64,000 bases of DNA. It comes from a virus (Duplodnaviria; Caudoviricetes). The DNA lies in the IMG/VR virus record IMGVR_UViG_3300041986_000079, positions 22,938 through 86,937 of that record. One strand, 5' to 3'. A model generated the notes under the pieces. That model saw only the letters and a list, made by a program, of their open reading frames with translations, was not told where the DNA came from and ran no database searches. Below are positions 39,226-48,166 of this stretch, one piece after another. The position numbers and the translations under genes are program-made. Numbering within the stretch: position 1 is the first letter of the stretch; every line of letters starts with the position of its first letter.

Positions 39226-39875
39226 TGAATTATAACAGGTCTCGTTGTTACGGTAGTATTAGAAGTATACCTTTAGTTTTTGAGGATTTAACTACTTCTG
39301 ATACAATAAAAATCGTAACAACGGAACTTGAATCTGACTGTTATGGCTTAGAGCAAATAAAGCTTTTACCAACAGATACTGTAATAGATATAGGAGGCAA
39401 CATAGGTATGTTTTCTATATATGTTAAAAAGAAGTTTGGATGCAAAGTTATAGCTTTTGAACCAGTACAAATAAACTATGAGCAGTTTAAGCAGAACATT
39501 CTCTTAAACGGTTTATCATTATCAGATATAGAGCTGCATAATGTAGCAATTACTGATAAAGAAGGGGATAAGATACAGATCAGTACTCCAGTATTTAATA
39601 CAGGTGCATCTTCAGAGTATACAAAAGGAGGTGTTATATCATATTGTATAACTGAAACCATTGATAAGTATATTACTACTGACTGTAAGTATCTAAAAGT
39701 AGATTGTGAAGGAGCTGAGTATAAGATAATACCTAGTATAATAGATAAGATTAACCAGTTTAAGTATATCGGTATTGAATACCATAAACTAACTGATACT
39801 CAAGATCCAAAGTCTTTACATAAGTTGTTAATAAGTGAGTTTAAAGGACGTATCTTTCAGAATACTTCACCATGA
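39225..39875 (+). CDS. FkbM-family SAM-dependent methyltransferase
   Basis: VIDIGGNIGMFS, VIAFEP, HNVAI, YLKVDCEGAEY, IGIEYH. Confidence 0.9.
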   Translation: MNYNRSRCYGSIRSIPLVFEDLTTSDTIKIVTTELESDCYGLEQIKLLPTDTVIDIGGNIGMFSIYVKKKFGCKVIAFEPVQINYEQFKQNILLNGLSLSDIELHNVAITDKEGDKIQISTPVFNTGASSEYTKGGVISYCITETIDKYITTDCKYLKVDCEGAEYKIIPSIIDKINQFKYIGIEYHKLTDTQDPKSLHKLLISEFKGRIFQNTSP

Positions 39876-40408
39876 ATAACATAATACATCAGATTTGGGT
39901 AGGTCCTAATGTGATGCAAGTGAGGGAAAGAAGGTGTTGTAGATTAGTTAAAAGCATGAATCCAACATGGGAATACATGTTTTGGACAGATGATAATCTA
40001 CCTGAGATGCCCAAAGAGATGCAAGAAGTATTTGATTACTTTGGACAAACTAAACACTACGCTTTTCAAGCAGATGTACTTAGAATGTTTTTGTTAAAAG
40101 AATACGGTGGTTTGTATATTGATGTTGATTTTGAACCAGTTAATTCATTTGATGCACTAAGAGAGTTAGACAACCTATTTTTAACTTGGGGACCAGAACA
40201 AAAACGTATAATGAATGGTGTAATAGGTGCTGATAAAGGTCATCCAGTTATAGAAGATCTTTGCAGTATGGTTAATATCAAGACAAAGTTTTATGGACCT
40301 GATTGGTTTGGAAGTAAGTTAGCTTCTCATGATATTAATACGATGATCTTTACTGACTTTTTAAAACAGTATGCTTTTCATCACCACCTTAATTCTTGGT
40401 CGTCATAA
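39872..40408 (+). CDS. GT32-type (DXD, sugar-binding) glycosyltransferase
   Basis: IIHQIW, YMFWTD, AFQADVLR, YGGLYIDVD, NGVIGA..GHP, GP. Confidence 0.85.
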   Translation: MNNIIHQIWVGPNVMQVRERRCCRLVKSMNPTWEYMFWTDDNLPEMPKEMQEVFDYFGQTKHYAFQADVLRMFLLKEYGGLYIDVDFEPVNSFDALRELDNLFLTWGPEQKRIMNGVIGADKGHPVIEDLCSMVNIKTKFYGPDWFGSKLASHDINTMIFTDFLKQYAFHHHLNSWSS

Positions 40409-40454
40409 TGATATAACGATTATAAAAGCAGGATTTGCTAAACTATTTTAAACA

Positions 40455-40769
40455 ATGACCAGAGAGAACCCAACCATCTCAGCATTCAAAGCGTGGATTT
40501 TCCCAAGTCTAGTATCTCTTTTAGGGATTATGATCTGGCAAGATGTCAACGAAGTTAAACAGGATGTAAAACTATTAATGGCACAGAGCAACGTCGATAA
40601 GACTAGGATTGATAATCTGGAACGCGCTGTATATAGTAAACTGGCATTACAAACACCTACCCCACCAAACAAGTTGCCTTCTCAAGTATTTTATCACGAG
40701 ATGGTGGCTATTAAACCTGACCACGATGAAGAAGACAACAGAATCAACAAGCTTTTGGACGATATTTAA
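40455..40769 (+). CDS. membrane protein, holin/spanin-like (104 aa)
   Basis: One N-terminal TM segment followed by a coiled coil; lies in the lysis cluster. Confidence 0.45.
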   Translation: MTRENPTISAFKAWIFPSLVSLLGIMIWQDVNEVKQDVKLLMAQSNVDKTRIDNLERAVYSKLALQTPTPPNKLPSQVFYHEMVAIKPDHDEEDNRINKLLDDI

Positions 40770-41013
40770 AGACAACAACGACTGGAATGAGAAGTCTATT
40801 ATAGGCTTTATGTCCTTTGCCGTAATGGTATTAATCGAAACAGTTGACGTTGTTACTGGATACTTTGGCCAAGAGTTAGTTATAAACGATTACATCTTTA
40901 ACGCTTTTGCTATTATTACATTAGGTTCTTTTGGTATCTCTGGTGCTGAAAACATCATGGGTAAGAAGACAAAAGACTCAAACAAAGAGGAAGATGTTCA
41001 CATGGAAGGATAA
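40726..41013 (+). CDS. holin-like protein with two TM segments (95 aa)
   Basis: SIIGFMSFAVMVLI and YIFNAFAIITLGSFGI, charged C-tail. Start moved to MKKTTES. Confidence 0.55.
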   Translation: MKKTTESTSFWTIFKDNNDWNEKSIIGFMSFAVMVLIETVDVVTGYFGQELVINDYIFNAFAIITLGSFGISGAENIMGKKTKDSNKEEDVHMEG

Positions 41014-41630
41014 TGAAAAATATAGTTATCGGCGTTATTATTACTATAGCGTTTTTTGTAGTTCTGACCCAGCGAGGATGTATGGGTCACTCAAATAGTA
41101 GACAACCAGACACTCTTGTTGTTACTGATACATTCTGGACTAAGCACGATAGTCTTATCGTTAGAGATGTCCCTACACCATACGAGGTTCCAGTACCTTT
41201 TGAGGTATTAAACACTCAGTATAAAGCTGATACAGCTTATCCCAAACTAAAGCAACAGTATGAAGACTTAGCTAAACGCTTTGCTTCAAGAAAGATTTAT
41301 ACAGACAGCGTTCATGTCGGTCAGTATGGTCATATACGTATAGTTGATACTGTTACTGAAAACAAGATTGTTGGACGTAGCTTTAGAGAAAACTATAAGA
41401 TTCCTGTTGTAAAAGAAACTAAAACGATTACTAAATACGATGATCCTAAACGACAAGTCTATGTTGGTGGTGGCCTTAACCTTACTAGCGGGGGTAACGT
41501 CCGAAGTGCTGAAGGCGGTATACTATACAAGACAAAGAAGGATCAAATATATGGTGCAAAAGTTAACATTGCCACGGATGGTACAACGTCTTTTGGCATA
41601 CAGACGTACTTTAAGATCGGAAAGAATTAA
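41013..41630 (+). CDS. membrane-anchored protein, possible spanin/lysis accessory (205 aa)
   Basis: N-terminal hydrophobic helix, coiled segment, beta-rich C-terminus; lies between holin-like genes and the endolysin. Confidence 0.45.
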   Translation: MKNIVIGVIITIAFFVVLTQRGCMGHSNSRQPDTLVVTDTFWTKHDSLIVRDVPTPYEVPVPFEVLNTQYKADTAYPKLKQQYEDLAKRFASRKIYTDSVHVGQYGHIRIVDTVTENKIVGRSFRENYKIPVVKETKTITKYDDPKRQVYVGGGLNLTSGGNVRSAEGGILYKTKKDQIYGAKVNIATDGTTSFGIQTYFKIGKN

Positions 41631-41646
41631 CCTAAACAAATAAACC

Positions 41647-41835
41647 ATGAGTATCTTATCATTCATTAAGGGACTATTCACAAGTCCAAAGAAGACTATC
41701 TTAGAAGAAGTCCAACCTATTGTAGAAGCTGTAAAAGAAGAGATCGTTGAGATATCTGATTCAGTTGCTGAGCAGATTGCTGAAGAAGCAGTAGCAAAGC
41801 CAAAGAGACGCTACTACAAGCGTAAGAAGAAGTAA
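41647..41835 (+). CDS. small protein with basic C-tail (62 aa)
   Basis: AACC-ATG start context; ends PKRRYYKRKKK. Confidence 0.55.
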   Translation: MSILSFIKGLFTSPKKTILEEVQPIVEAVKEEIVEISDSVAEQIAEEAVAKPKRRYYKRKKK

Positions 41836-41858
41836 AAATCACCTAACCACTATATAAT

Positions 41859-42695
41859 ATGTTATTAAGACTAGGATCTGAAGGAGAAGATGTAAAGAAG
41901 CTCCAGCAGTTTTTAGGTGTTGATGTTGTTGGTAAGTTTGGGCCAAAGACAGATGCTGCTGTAAAAGCATGGCAAGCTGCACATGGTCTTACTGCTGATG
42001 GTATTGTTGGTGATGGTACTTGGGCTAAGATGTTTCCATCTCAACCTCAAGCACCTGTCACCCAAGTTACAACACCCCCTGCTGCAACTTCCAGCTTCAA
42101 ACTAGATCGATTAAAAGGGCATGTACCTGATGCTGTTATAGCAGCTATTCCAGATACTGCTCGTTTATTTAATATTACTACACCATTACGCCTTGCCCAC
42201 TTTTTAGCTCAGTGTGGTCATGAGTCTGGTGGTTTTAGAGCTACTCAAGAAAATCTTAACTATTCAGCAAAAGGTTTGATGGGTATCTTTAAAAAGTATT
42301 TCCCAACAGCTGCTTTAGCTGCACAGTACGAACGCAAACCTGAAAAGATTGCAAACAGAGTTTATGCATCTCGTATGGGTAATGGTCCTGAAGCATCAGG
42401 AGATGGGTTTAAGTTCCGGGGACGAGGATTTATCCAGCTCACAGGTAAAGAAAACTATACTCGTTTTGATGCTACAGTTCCAGAAAACATTATTGCTAGT
42501 CCAGATCTTGTAGCTACAAAGTATGCATTAGCATCAGCAGCTTTCTTCTTTAACAGTAATAAGCTATGGGCTATCTGTGATAAAGGAGCTAATACAGCAA
42601 CAGTAACAGCAGTAACTAAACGAGTTAATGGTGGCACAATAGGCTTAGCAGATCGTATTAAACACTTTAATGAGTATTATCATCTATTATCATAA
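41859..42695 (+). CDS. endolysin: peptidoglycan-binding domain plus GH19-like glycoside hydrolase
   Basis: PG_binding_1 motifs LRLGSEGEDVKKLQ...FGPKT...ADGIVGDGTW. Catalytic part LAHFLAQCGHESG, ENLNYSA, FRGRGFIQLTGKENY, VTKRVNGG. Confidence 0.92.
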   Translation: MLLRLGSEGEDVKKLQQFLGVDVVGKFGPKTDAAVKAWQAAHGLTADGIVGDGTWAKMFPSQPQAPVTQVTTPPAATSSFKLDRLKGHVPDAVIAAIPDTARLFNITTPLRLAHFLAQCGHESGGFRATQENLNYSAKGLMGIFKKYFPTAALAAQYERKPEKIANRVYASRMGNGPEASGDGFKFRGRGFIQLTGKENYTRFDATVPENIIASPDLVATKYALASAAFFFNSNKLWAICDKGANTATVTAVTKRVNGGTIGLADRIKHFNEYYHLLS

Positions 42696-42698
42696 ACT

Positions 42699-43280
42699 AT
42701 GGCAAATCTAGTTGATTATTTAACACAACCGTTACGAAAACTATTTAATACTTCAGACTTTAAATCGGCTGTTAAACGATATGCAAAATCTGTATCACCA
42801 GTTAGCTATCCTTTTCAGTGGTATCCTGATGCAGGTTTAACAAAAGAAGGGCCTAAGTTTAAATATACTGACGGTACAGAACTTATATCATATCACATTA
42901 AAGGTATTAGTTCAATCAGTGATAATGCTAATAGTTTTTATCAATACTTAGGTACAGTAGTTATAAATACGTCACAGGGATATCCTTCTATATTTCCAGG
43001 AAATGTTACAGGTATGTTCCAAAGCGGAACTGGTGCTGATATTGTAACAAGCCCTTTAGCTCTTGGTGGGCTAATAGAAATAGATGGTGTTCATGTACCA
43101 TTAAATAGTTTTAAGATTTCTTTATACAACTACAACAATCCAGAAGGTTTTGCTTGGTATGCTCTTGTTGTAGAAGGTGGCGTTGATGCTAGTCCAGGTT
43201 TCTTAACTGCATTAATGTCTTATGATTTTGAGTTTTTATTACCAAACTTTGTTCCAGCTCCAACTATTTTCCAAGACTAA
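42699..43280 (+). CDS. hypothetical protein, possibly structural (193 aa)
   Basis: Clean ORF coupled to the endolysin; no motif recognised. Confidence 0.55.
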   Translation: MANLVDYLTQPLRKLFNTSDFKSAVKRYAKSVSPVSYPFQWYPDAGLTKEGPKFKYTDGTELISYHIKGISSISDNANSFYQYLGTVVINTSQGYPSIFPGNVTGMFQSGTGADIVTSPLALGGLIEIDGVHVPLNSFKISLYNYNNPEGFAWYALVVEGGVDASPGFLTALMSYDFEFLLPNFVPAPTIFQD

Positions 43281-43281
43281 T

Positions 43282-43374
43282 ATGGCACATCCATTCAATC
43301 CTGAGAATGCTCCTGTTACAGGAACATCACCACAAGTTCAAGCAATCATTCAAACTATCAAAGAAAAGAAATAA
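43282..43374 (+). CDS. 30-aa peptide MAHPFNPENAPVTG..., not in ORF track
   Basis: Starts 1 nt after the previous stop and ends in a TAATG overlap with the next ORF. Confidence 0.4.
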   Translation: MAHPFNPENAPVTGTSPQVQAIIQTIKEKK

Positions 43375-43505
43375 TGGCAAAAGCAAAAGGATCTACTGAA
43401 GCAAAGAAGATCGTCTTCGGTACTAGACGTAAAGGAAAGCATGCAAAGACTGCTGGACCAAAAGCTAAAGCAGTTAAAAAGAAATATGTTGGACAAGGGC
43501 GTTAA
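43374..43505 (+). CDS. 43-aa highly basic peptide ending KKYVGQGR, not in ORF track
   Basis: TAATG-coupled, very Lys-rich with a single acidic residue. A C-terminal YxGQG(R) is, to my recollection, seen in small basic phage peptides. Confidence 0.6.
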   Translation: MAKAKGSTEAKKIVFGTRRKGKHAKTAGPKAKAVKKKYVGQGR

Positions 43506-43537
43506 TCGCTCTTTTTCCATGTATAAACCATAAGTAT

Positions 43538-44071
43538 ATGAAAGCATTATTATTTGTTGTCTGGAGTATTGTAGCATCTGCATTATCGATACAGAGTTAC
43601 TTTATATACTCACACTTCTTTGCTCCTCAGAACATTGTTAATCTTATAGGACCAGGAGAAAGTATAAACGTTTCTTCTGTTGAGAACAAGATTATTATGG
43701 GTAACCTAGCTGGTAATCGTAATCTTGCTTTTGGTGTTAAGAATATTATGGAAGAGTTCTTACAAGAACAAGAGTATGTTATTAATCCATATGCTACAAA
43801 GAAGATCGAGATCGAGATTGTCTATCTTGATGTATTAAAGACTCAGTCTAACTTATCAGTATTTCATAAGAATACAGACGCTATAGTTATACGAATGAGA
43901 GGTAAGTTAATTGAAGATGATAAAGTAAAGAAGACGGTTATAGTTGAAGAGTCTGCTGAGGAAGTATCAATGGCTGCATTAGTTATAGATGAAGGTGGTA
44001 AGTTTAACCAAACTAATCTATCGTCAGCCTTAAAAAAGTCTTGTAACACACTGATTAACAAACTATTATAA
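43538..44071 (+). CDS. exported CsgG/LptE-like protein, paralog of 47089-47820 (177 aa)
   Basis: N-terminal signal/TM. GVKNIMEEFLQE and KFNQTNLSSALKK align with GVTNIVVEYLEE and KFNQSTIGTTTKK of the 243-aa protein. Confidence 0.55.
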   Translation: MKALLFVVWSIVASALSIQSYFIYSHFFAPQNIVNLIGPGESINVSSVENKIIMGNLAGNRNLAFGVKNIMEEFLQEQEYVINPYATKKIEIEIVYLDVLKTQSNLSVFHKNTDAIVIRMRGKLIEDDKVKKTVIVEESAEEVSMAALVIDEGGKFNQTNLSSALKKSCNTLINKLL

Positions 44072-45846
44072 TGAAAAAAGCACTATTACTTGTCACAATA
44101 TTATTATGTTTTTGTGACATCGTTCAAGGTCAAAACATTAAGTTAAGACTACAAGATGATTCAACTTCAGTGAATACTGTAGGAACAGTTATCAATAAAG
44201 GAGACGAGTTTATAGTATCAGTAAAAGCAGATGGTAACGGTAATGCAACAGCTAGATCGCTTTATTTCGATTTTGAGTACCAAAACACAGCGTTTGAGCT
44301 TGTTACTGTTACAAATACGGGAACAGGTGGCAACGGTGGGATACTTCCTTACGGTTCTAGTATTACTATGGATTGGTACACTTATCCTGGTTATACGTGG
44401 ACATCTTCGCAACAGAATACCACTCCAGACGGTAATACTAACTATAATCGTGCTGCTTATTCTTTTACGGCTGGTGGACCTAAAACTATTCTTAGGGTCT
44501 ATTTAAACTGGGCTAGTCCAAATGGTATGCCGTATTCAGGAGGTTGGGATGATTTAATTCGTCTTAAGTTTAAGTTGAAGACAACAGCTCCAGGTTATGC
44601 ATGGGATCCTATTAAGATGAACTTTGCTGCTGCATTTAATTCAAACGGTACAGCAGGTTCAACTGAGATGACAATACCTTTAACTAGTGTTATATATCTT
44701 GACCCTACAGCTACTAAGTATGTTAATGCAACTATAGAGACTAATCCTAACATCGATAACTTTAGTTTACATCGTGTTTTATTCTTAAACCCAACAACAA
44801 ACGTTGGTATTATTGCTGATGCAACTGCTGCTGGTGCAATAAACATTGATCAATCAAGATTAGAACCTAATACAGAGTATCGAGTGATGATGATGTTAAA
44901 CATGGATAGTATTCATAACTTATATGCTGCTGCTGTTACAGTATCTGATTATACTACAGCACAAGCTGAGTTTGTACAACAAAACTTAGATGGTACTTAT
45001 AAAGGACAATCTATTATTACAGGAGCTGGTTACTTAGCTGCTGATGTTAACAGATCAAAAACATTTGATGGTGGTGACTTAACAAAGTTATACTCACAAG
45101 TAATTGGTGTTGATAAGTTGTTTACTTTACCATCAAACTACGCTGCAGGAACAGATATGTATGCTTCAGTTCCAACGTTTACTGATAGTACGTTTAATGC
45201 ATTAACACCAGCAAACTGGAAAGATGTTACAAACAGTTATGTCACTTTCAAGACTGGTCTTATAGGTCAAAATAAACCATTAAAGCTTAAGTTCTTGATC
45301 CCTGGTGATATAAACCGTTCACACTCATCTCAGATGATGATTAATGGTACTATTGCAACAAACGCTGCTGTATCATTAAAGACTAACTTAACAGCAAACA
45401 AGACGTTAAACAGAACGGTTGCTGCTTCAAACATTACAGTAAGCTTAGCTAACCAGACTCTAACATCTAATACTATCGAGATACCAATAAAGGTTAATAC
45501 AAATGGTAATAAGTTATCAGGTTTACAGTTTGAGTTTAGATATAATCCTGCTTCTATTAAGTTCGAAGAGATTATGAACCAAATGCCAAATACATGGTAT
45601 GCTTTTGCTGATAATACCAAACCTGGCGTTATTCGTTTTGGTGCATTAGATAAAGCTCTCAACTCATCTGTTACAGGAGAACTAGTACCGTTTAAGCTTA
45701 AGTTCAGTGCAATAACAAACGGTTTAGATATGAATACCTTGATTAAAGTAAGTCCAGTAATGGATGCAGCATCAAGTACAGGTTCTCAGTTAGGTATTAC
45801 ATTGAACTCAGATACTATTAAGATTACTGGATACAACAACTTTTAA
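44071..45846 (+). CDS. secreted cohesin-dockerin-cohesin-like protein (591 aa)
   Basis: Signal peptide. Cohesin-like GDEFIVSVK...LYFDFEYQNTAFELV, dockerin-like AADVNRSKTFDGGDLTKL (45031-45108) and PGDIN, then a second cohesin-like IEIPIKV...LSGLQFEFRYNPASIKF. Confidence 0.7.
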   Translation: MKKALLLVTILLCFCDIVQGQNIKLRLQDDSTSVNTVGTVINKGDEFIVSVKADGNGNATARSLYFDFEYQNTAFELVTVTNTGTGGNGGILPYGSSITMDWYTYPGYTWTSSQQNTTPDGNTNYNRAAYSFTAGGPKTILRVYLNWASPNGMPYSGGWDDLIRLKFKLKTTAPGYAWDPIKMNFAAAFNSNGTAGSTEMTIPLTSVIYLDPTATKYVNATIETNPNIDNFSLHRVLFLNPTTNVGIIADATAAGAINIDQSRLEPNTEYRVMMMLNMDSIHNLYAAAVTVSDYTTAQAEFVQQNLDGTYKGQSIITGAGYLAADVNRSKTFDGGDLTKLYSQVIGVDKLFTLPSNYAAGTDMYASVPTFTDSTFNALTPANWKDVTNSYVTFKTGLIGQNKPLKLKFLIPGDINRSHSSQMMINGTIATNAAVSLKTNLTANKTLNRTVAASNITVSLANQTLTSNTIEIPIKVNTNGNKLSGLQFEFRYNPASIKFEEIMNQMPNTWYAFADNTKPGVIRFGALDKALNSSVTGELVPFKLKFSAITNGLDMNTLIKVSPVMDAASSTGSQLGITLNSDTIKITGYNNF

Positions 45847-45858
45847 TATCTAACCACT

Positions 45859-46221
45859 ATGAAGAATACATTATTGTTATTATTACTTATCACACTTGTG
45901 TTTGCATGCTCTGATCTTGAGAAGTTTGAAGATACACCAATAAATCTAGGCGCAAAAGCTACTTCAACAGAAATATTGAGTGCAAGTTCAGTAGGTGGAA
46001 AGGTTACTGTATTGTTTGCAGTAACACCTGGAGCTAAATACTCTGTACAAGTTTACTCTTTTGCTGCTATTGAACCGGTAAAAACTTTACCATTAACTGC
46101 AGATACTGAGATTACAACAAAGATATACGACTTTACTGACCTACCAGATGGGTTATACGACTTAACATTAACAGATATATCTGGTGTATCTATTAGAAAA
46201 CCTTTAGTTATTAAACGATAA
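45859..46221 (+). CDS. lipoprotein consisting of a T9SS C-terminal-sorting-domain-like Ig fold (120 aa)
   Basis: Lipobox LVFA-C. C-terminus DFTDLPDGLYDLTLTDISGVSIRKPLVIKR follows the type A T9SS CTD pattern (GxY...Kxxxx). Confidence 0.6.
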   Translation: MKNTLLLLLLITLVFACSDLEKFEDTPINLGAKATSTEILSASSVGGKVTVLFAVTPGAKYSVQVYSFAAIEPVKTLPLTADTEITTKIYDFTDLPDGLYDLTLTDISGVSIRKPLVIKR

Positions 46222-46226
46222 ACAAC

Positions 46227-46532
46227 ATGTCAGAAGAAGCAGAAAACACAGGAGGCTCATTAAAGAGCATCTTAATCGGATTAGCAAGTACTATCGCATT
46301 AGGTGTTGGTGGTTATGTTACAAAACAATTAACAGGTGAGGGTGATGAACCAGCTGCAGCAACAACTACAGCAGCTCCTGTTATTAATATCAATCAAGCA
46401 GCGGCTGCTCCAGCACCTGTAGCTAAAACTATTATTGTTAACAAGACTGCAGGTCCAGCACAAGCAGCTCCAGCTCCAAAGCCTAAGGCTAAAACAGCAA
46501 AAGAAGAGTTAGAAGAAGCCCCTAAATGGTAA
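46227..46532 (+). CDS. single-pass membrane protein with Ala/Pro-rich tail (101 aa)
   Basis: TM ILIGLASTIALGVGGYV followed by an AAAAPAP linker. Confidence 0.6.
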   Translation: MSEEAENTGGSLKSILIGLASTIALGVGGYVTKQLTGEGDEPAAATTTAAPVININQAAAAPAPVAKTIIVNKTAGPAQAAPAPKPKAKTAKEELEEAPKW

Positions 46533-47092
46533 TGGAAAATAGTCAAGCAACAGGGTTTAAAGACCTGTTAAATCAAATGATGACAAGACGATGGTTGATA
46601 ACAGCTATTGTTCTAGGAGGTTTTATGCTTATTATTGGTGGTATATTCATAGCTATTGCTCAGAATACTGCTATTGCTGGTGAGTGGAAAGAGTTGTTAT
46701 TACTTTTACTAGGAGCTTTTATTGGCTCTTATGGTAAGATTATTGACTATTGGTTCTCTGATACAGACAAAGACAAGATGTTAGTCCAGAAAATGGATGA
46801 GGAGGACGGTGTAAGTCTATCTAATACTTCAGATATGCCTCCAGCTCCACAGATTAATAATCCATTAGAATCAGTAGTATCACTACCAAAAACTGAAGCA
46901 AAACAAACTGGCACTGAAATCGATGAAGACGGTGACGGAGTTATGGATGGTTTAGATATTGACGGTGATGGTAAGGTTGATGTATACTTTGCACATAGAC
47001 AATGTGAACACGTATGGGACGATGTTGACAACGATGGTGATGAAGAGTGCGTTAAGTGTGGTAAAATAAAAGACAATGAAGAAACTGTATGA
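46532..47092 (+). CDS. two-TM membrane protein with DxDGDG Ca-binding-like loops and a Cys/His motif (186 aa)
   Basis: Two hydrophobic helices, DEDGDG, DIDGDG and DVDNDGD loops, and C-E-H-V-W...C-V-K-C. Start moved to the TAATG-coupled ATG. Confidence 0.6.
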   Translation: MENSQATGFKDLLNQMMTRRWLITAIVLGGFMLIIGGIFIAIAQNTAIAGEWKELLLLLLGAFIGSYGKIIDYWFSDTDKDKMLVQKMDEEDGVSLSNTSDMPPAPQINNPLESVVSLPKTEAKQTGTEIDEDGDGVMDGLDIDGDGKVDVYFAHRQCEHVWDDVDNDGDEECVKCGKIKDNEETV

Positions 47093-47820
47093 AAAAGTTA
47101 AGCGTATTCTTAAGTGTTTGTTTTATCTTCTTTCTAGCTTTCAGTCATAAGACTCAAGCACAGATAGCAGCAACAAGAACAGAGTCTTATACTGCATCTT
47201 TTGAGAAGAAGATAAACATAGATTCTTTAATGGACTATGAAGGTCCAAAGATTCCTATACAGTTACTATCTTTAGGTATAAACGAAGATGTTTATGCTGC
47301 TTATCCTGAGTTAAAAGATAAACGTGTTGGTCTTGGTGTTACAAACATTGTTGTTGAATACCTTGAAGAGACAAACCGTTTTACTTTTACTGAGGATAAG
47401 GCTGAGATAAAGAACAGAATGGTAAAGCAGTTTCAAGCATCACAGTCTGGTATCACAGAAAATAAGTTAGATGGTAGAGGCAAGATTAAGCTTGCTCAGT
47501 ATTTTGTTTATATTGAGGTCTATGATTTTTCCGTTTCTGAAGATGAATCATTATCTTTGAAAGACGGTGTAAAACAGACAGTTGTAACTCGCATGGGTTT
47601 ACAGGTTAAGTTTGTTAACGCTGAGACGGGAGAGTATTTTACAGGCTCAGGAATGGGAGAAGCTAAGACTGTTAGGGAAGCAACACTAATGAACGATGCT
47701 AACTTTGCTGATATTAAGTTTAATCAATCCACGATTGGTACAACGACTAAGAAAGCGCTTGAAAACGCTGCTAGTAAGATTGTGGTACGGATGATTAAGA
47801 AAAAGATTTTCACTAAATAA
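47089..47820 (+). CDS. CsgG-like (curli secretion channel fold) exported protein (243 aa)
   Basis: Signal peptide. RFTFTED...E, AQYFVYIEVYDFS and MGLQVKFVNAETGE..TGSGMGEA follow the CsgG/TolB-N pattern. Confidence 0.7.
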   Translation: MKKLSVFLSVCFIFFLAFSHKTQAQIAATRTESYTASFEKKINIDSLMDYEGPKIPIQLLSLGINEDVYAAYPELKDKRVGLGVTNIVVEYLEETNRFTFTEDKAEIKNRMVKQFQASQSGITENKLDGRGKIKLAQYFVYIEVYDFSVSEDESLSLKDGVKQTVVTRMGLQVKFVNAETGEYFTGSGMGEAKTVREATLMNDANFADIKFNQSTIGTTTKKALENAASKIVVRMIKKKIFTK

Positions 47821-47827
47821 ACCAACC

Positions 47828-48166
47828 ATGTTAGAAAAACTAATCATTGCTGGCACTATAGCAATAGCTGCTAGTATTTACCCTGCGTATAAGATATACG
47901 AAGGTGCTAAGATACCAATGTATCAAACACGTATCTCTAATCTAGAACATCAGATGGAGATTGTTAAGTTAACAGAGACTGACCCTGCAAAGCGTTATGT
48001 AAAGCTTTCAAAGCTTGAGGGTAAGATTCTTAAGGTACGTACAAAGATTAAGGCACGTCAAAAGATTAAAGCTCTTGAAGCCAAATGGGACTATCAAGAT
48101 GAGATGCTTAAGTTAAAGCGTTTTCAAGTTTCTGTTGATTCAACTATAAAGATTGAACCGAAGTAG
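47828..48166 (+). CDS. membrane-anchored basic coiled-coil protein (112 aa)
   Basis: N-terminal TM followed by a Lys-rich helical region. Confidence 0.55.
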   Translation: MLEKLIIAGTIAIAASIYPAYKIYEGAKIPMYQTRISNLEHQMEIVKLTETDPAKRYVKLSKLEGKILKVRTKIKARQKIKALEAKWDYQDEMLKLKRFQVSVDSTIKIEPK

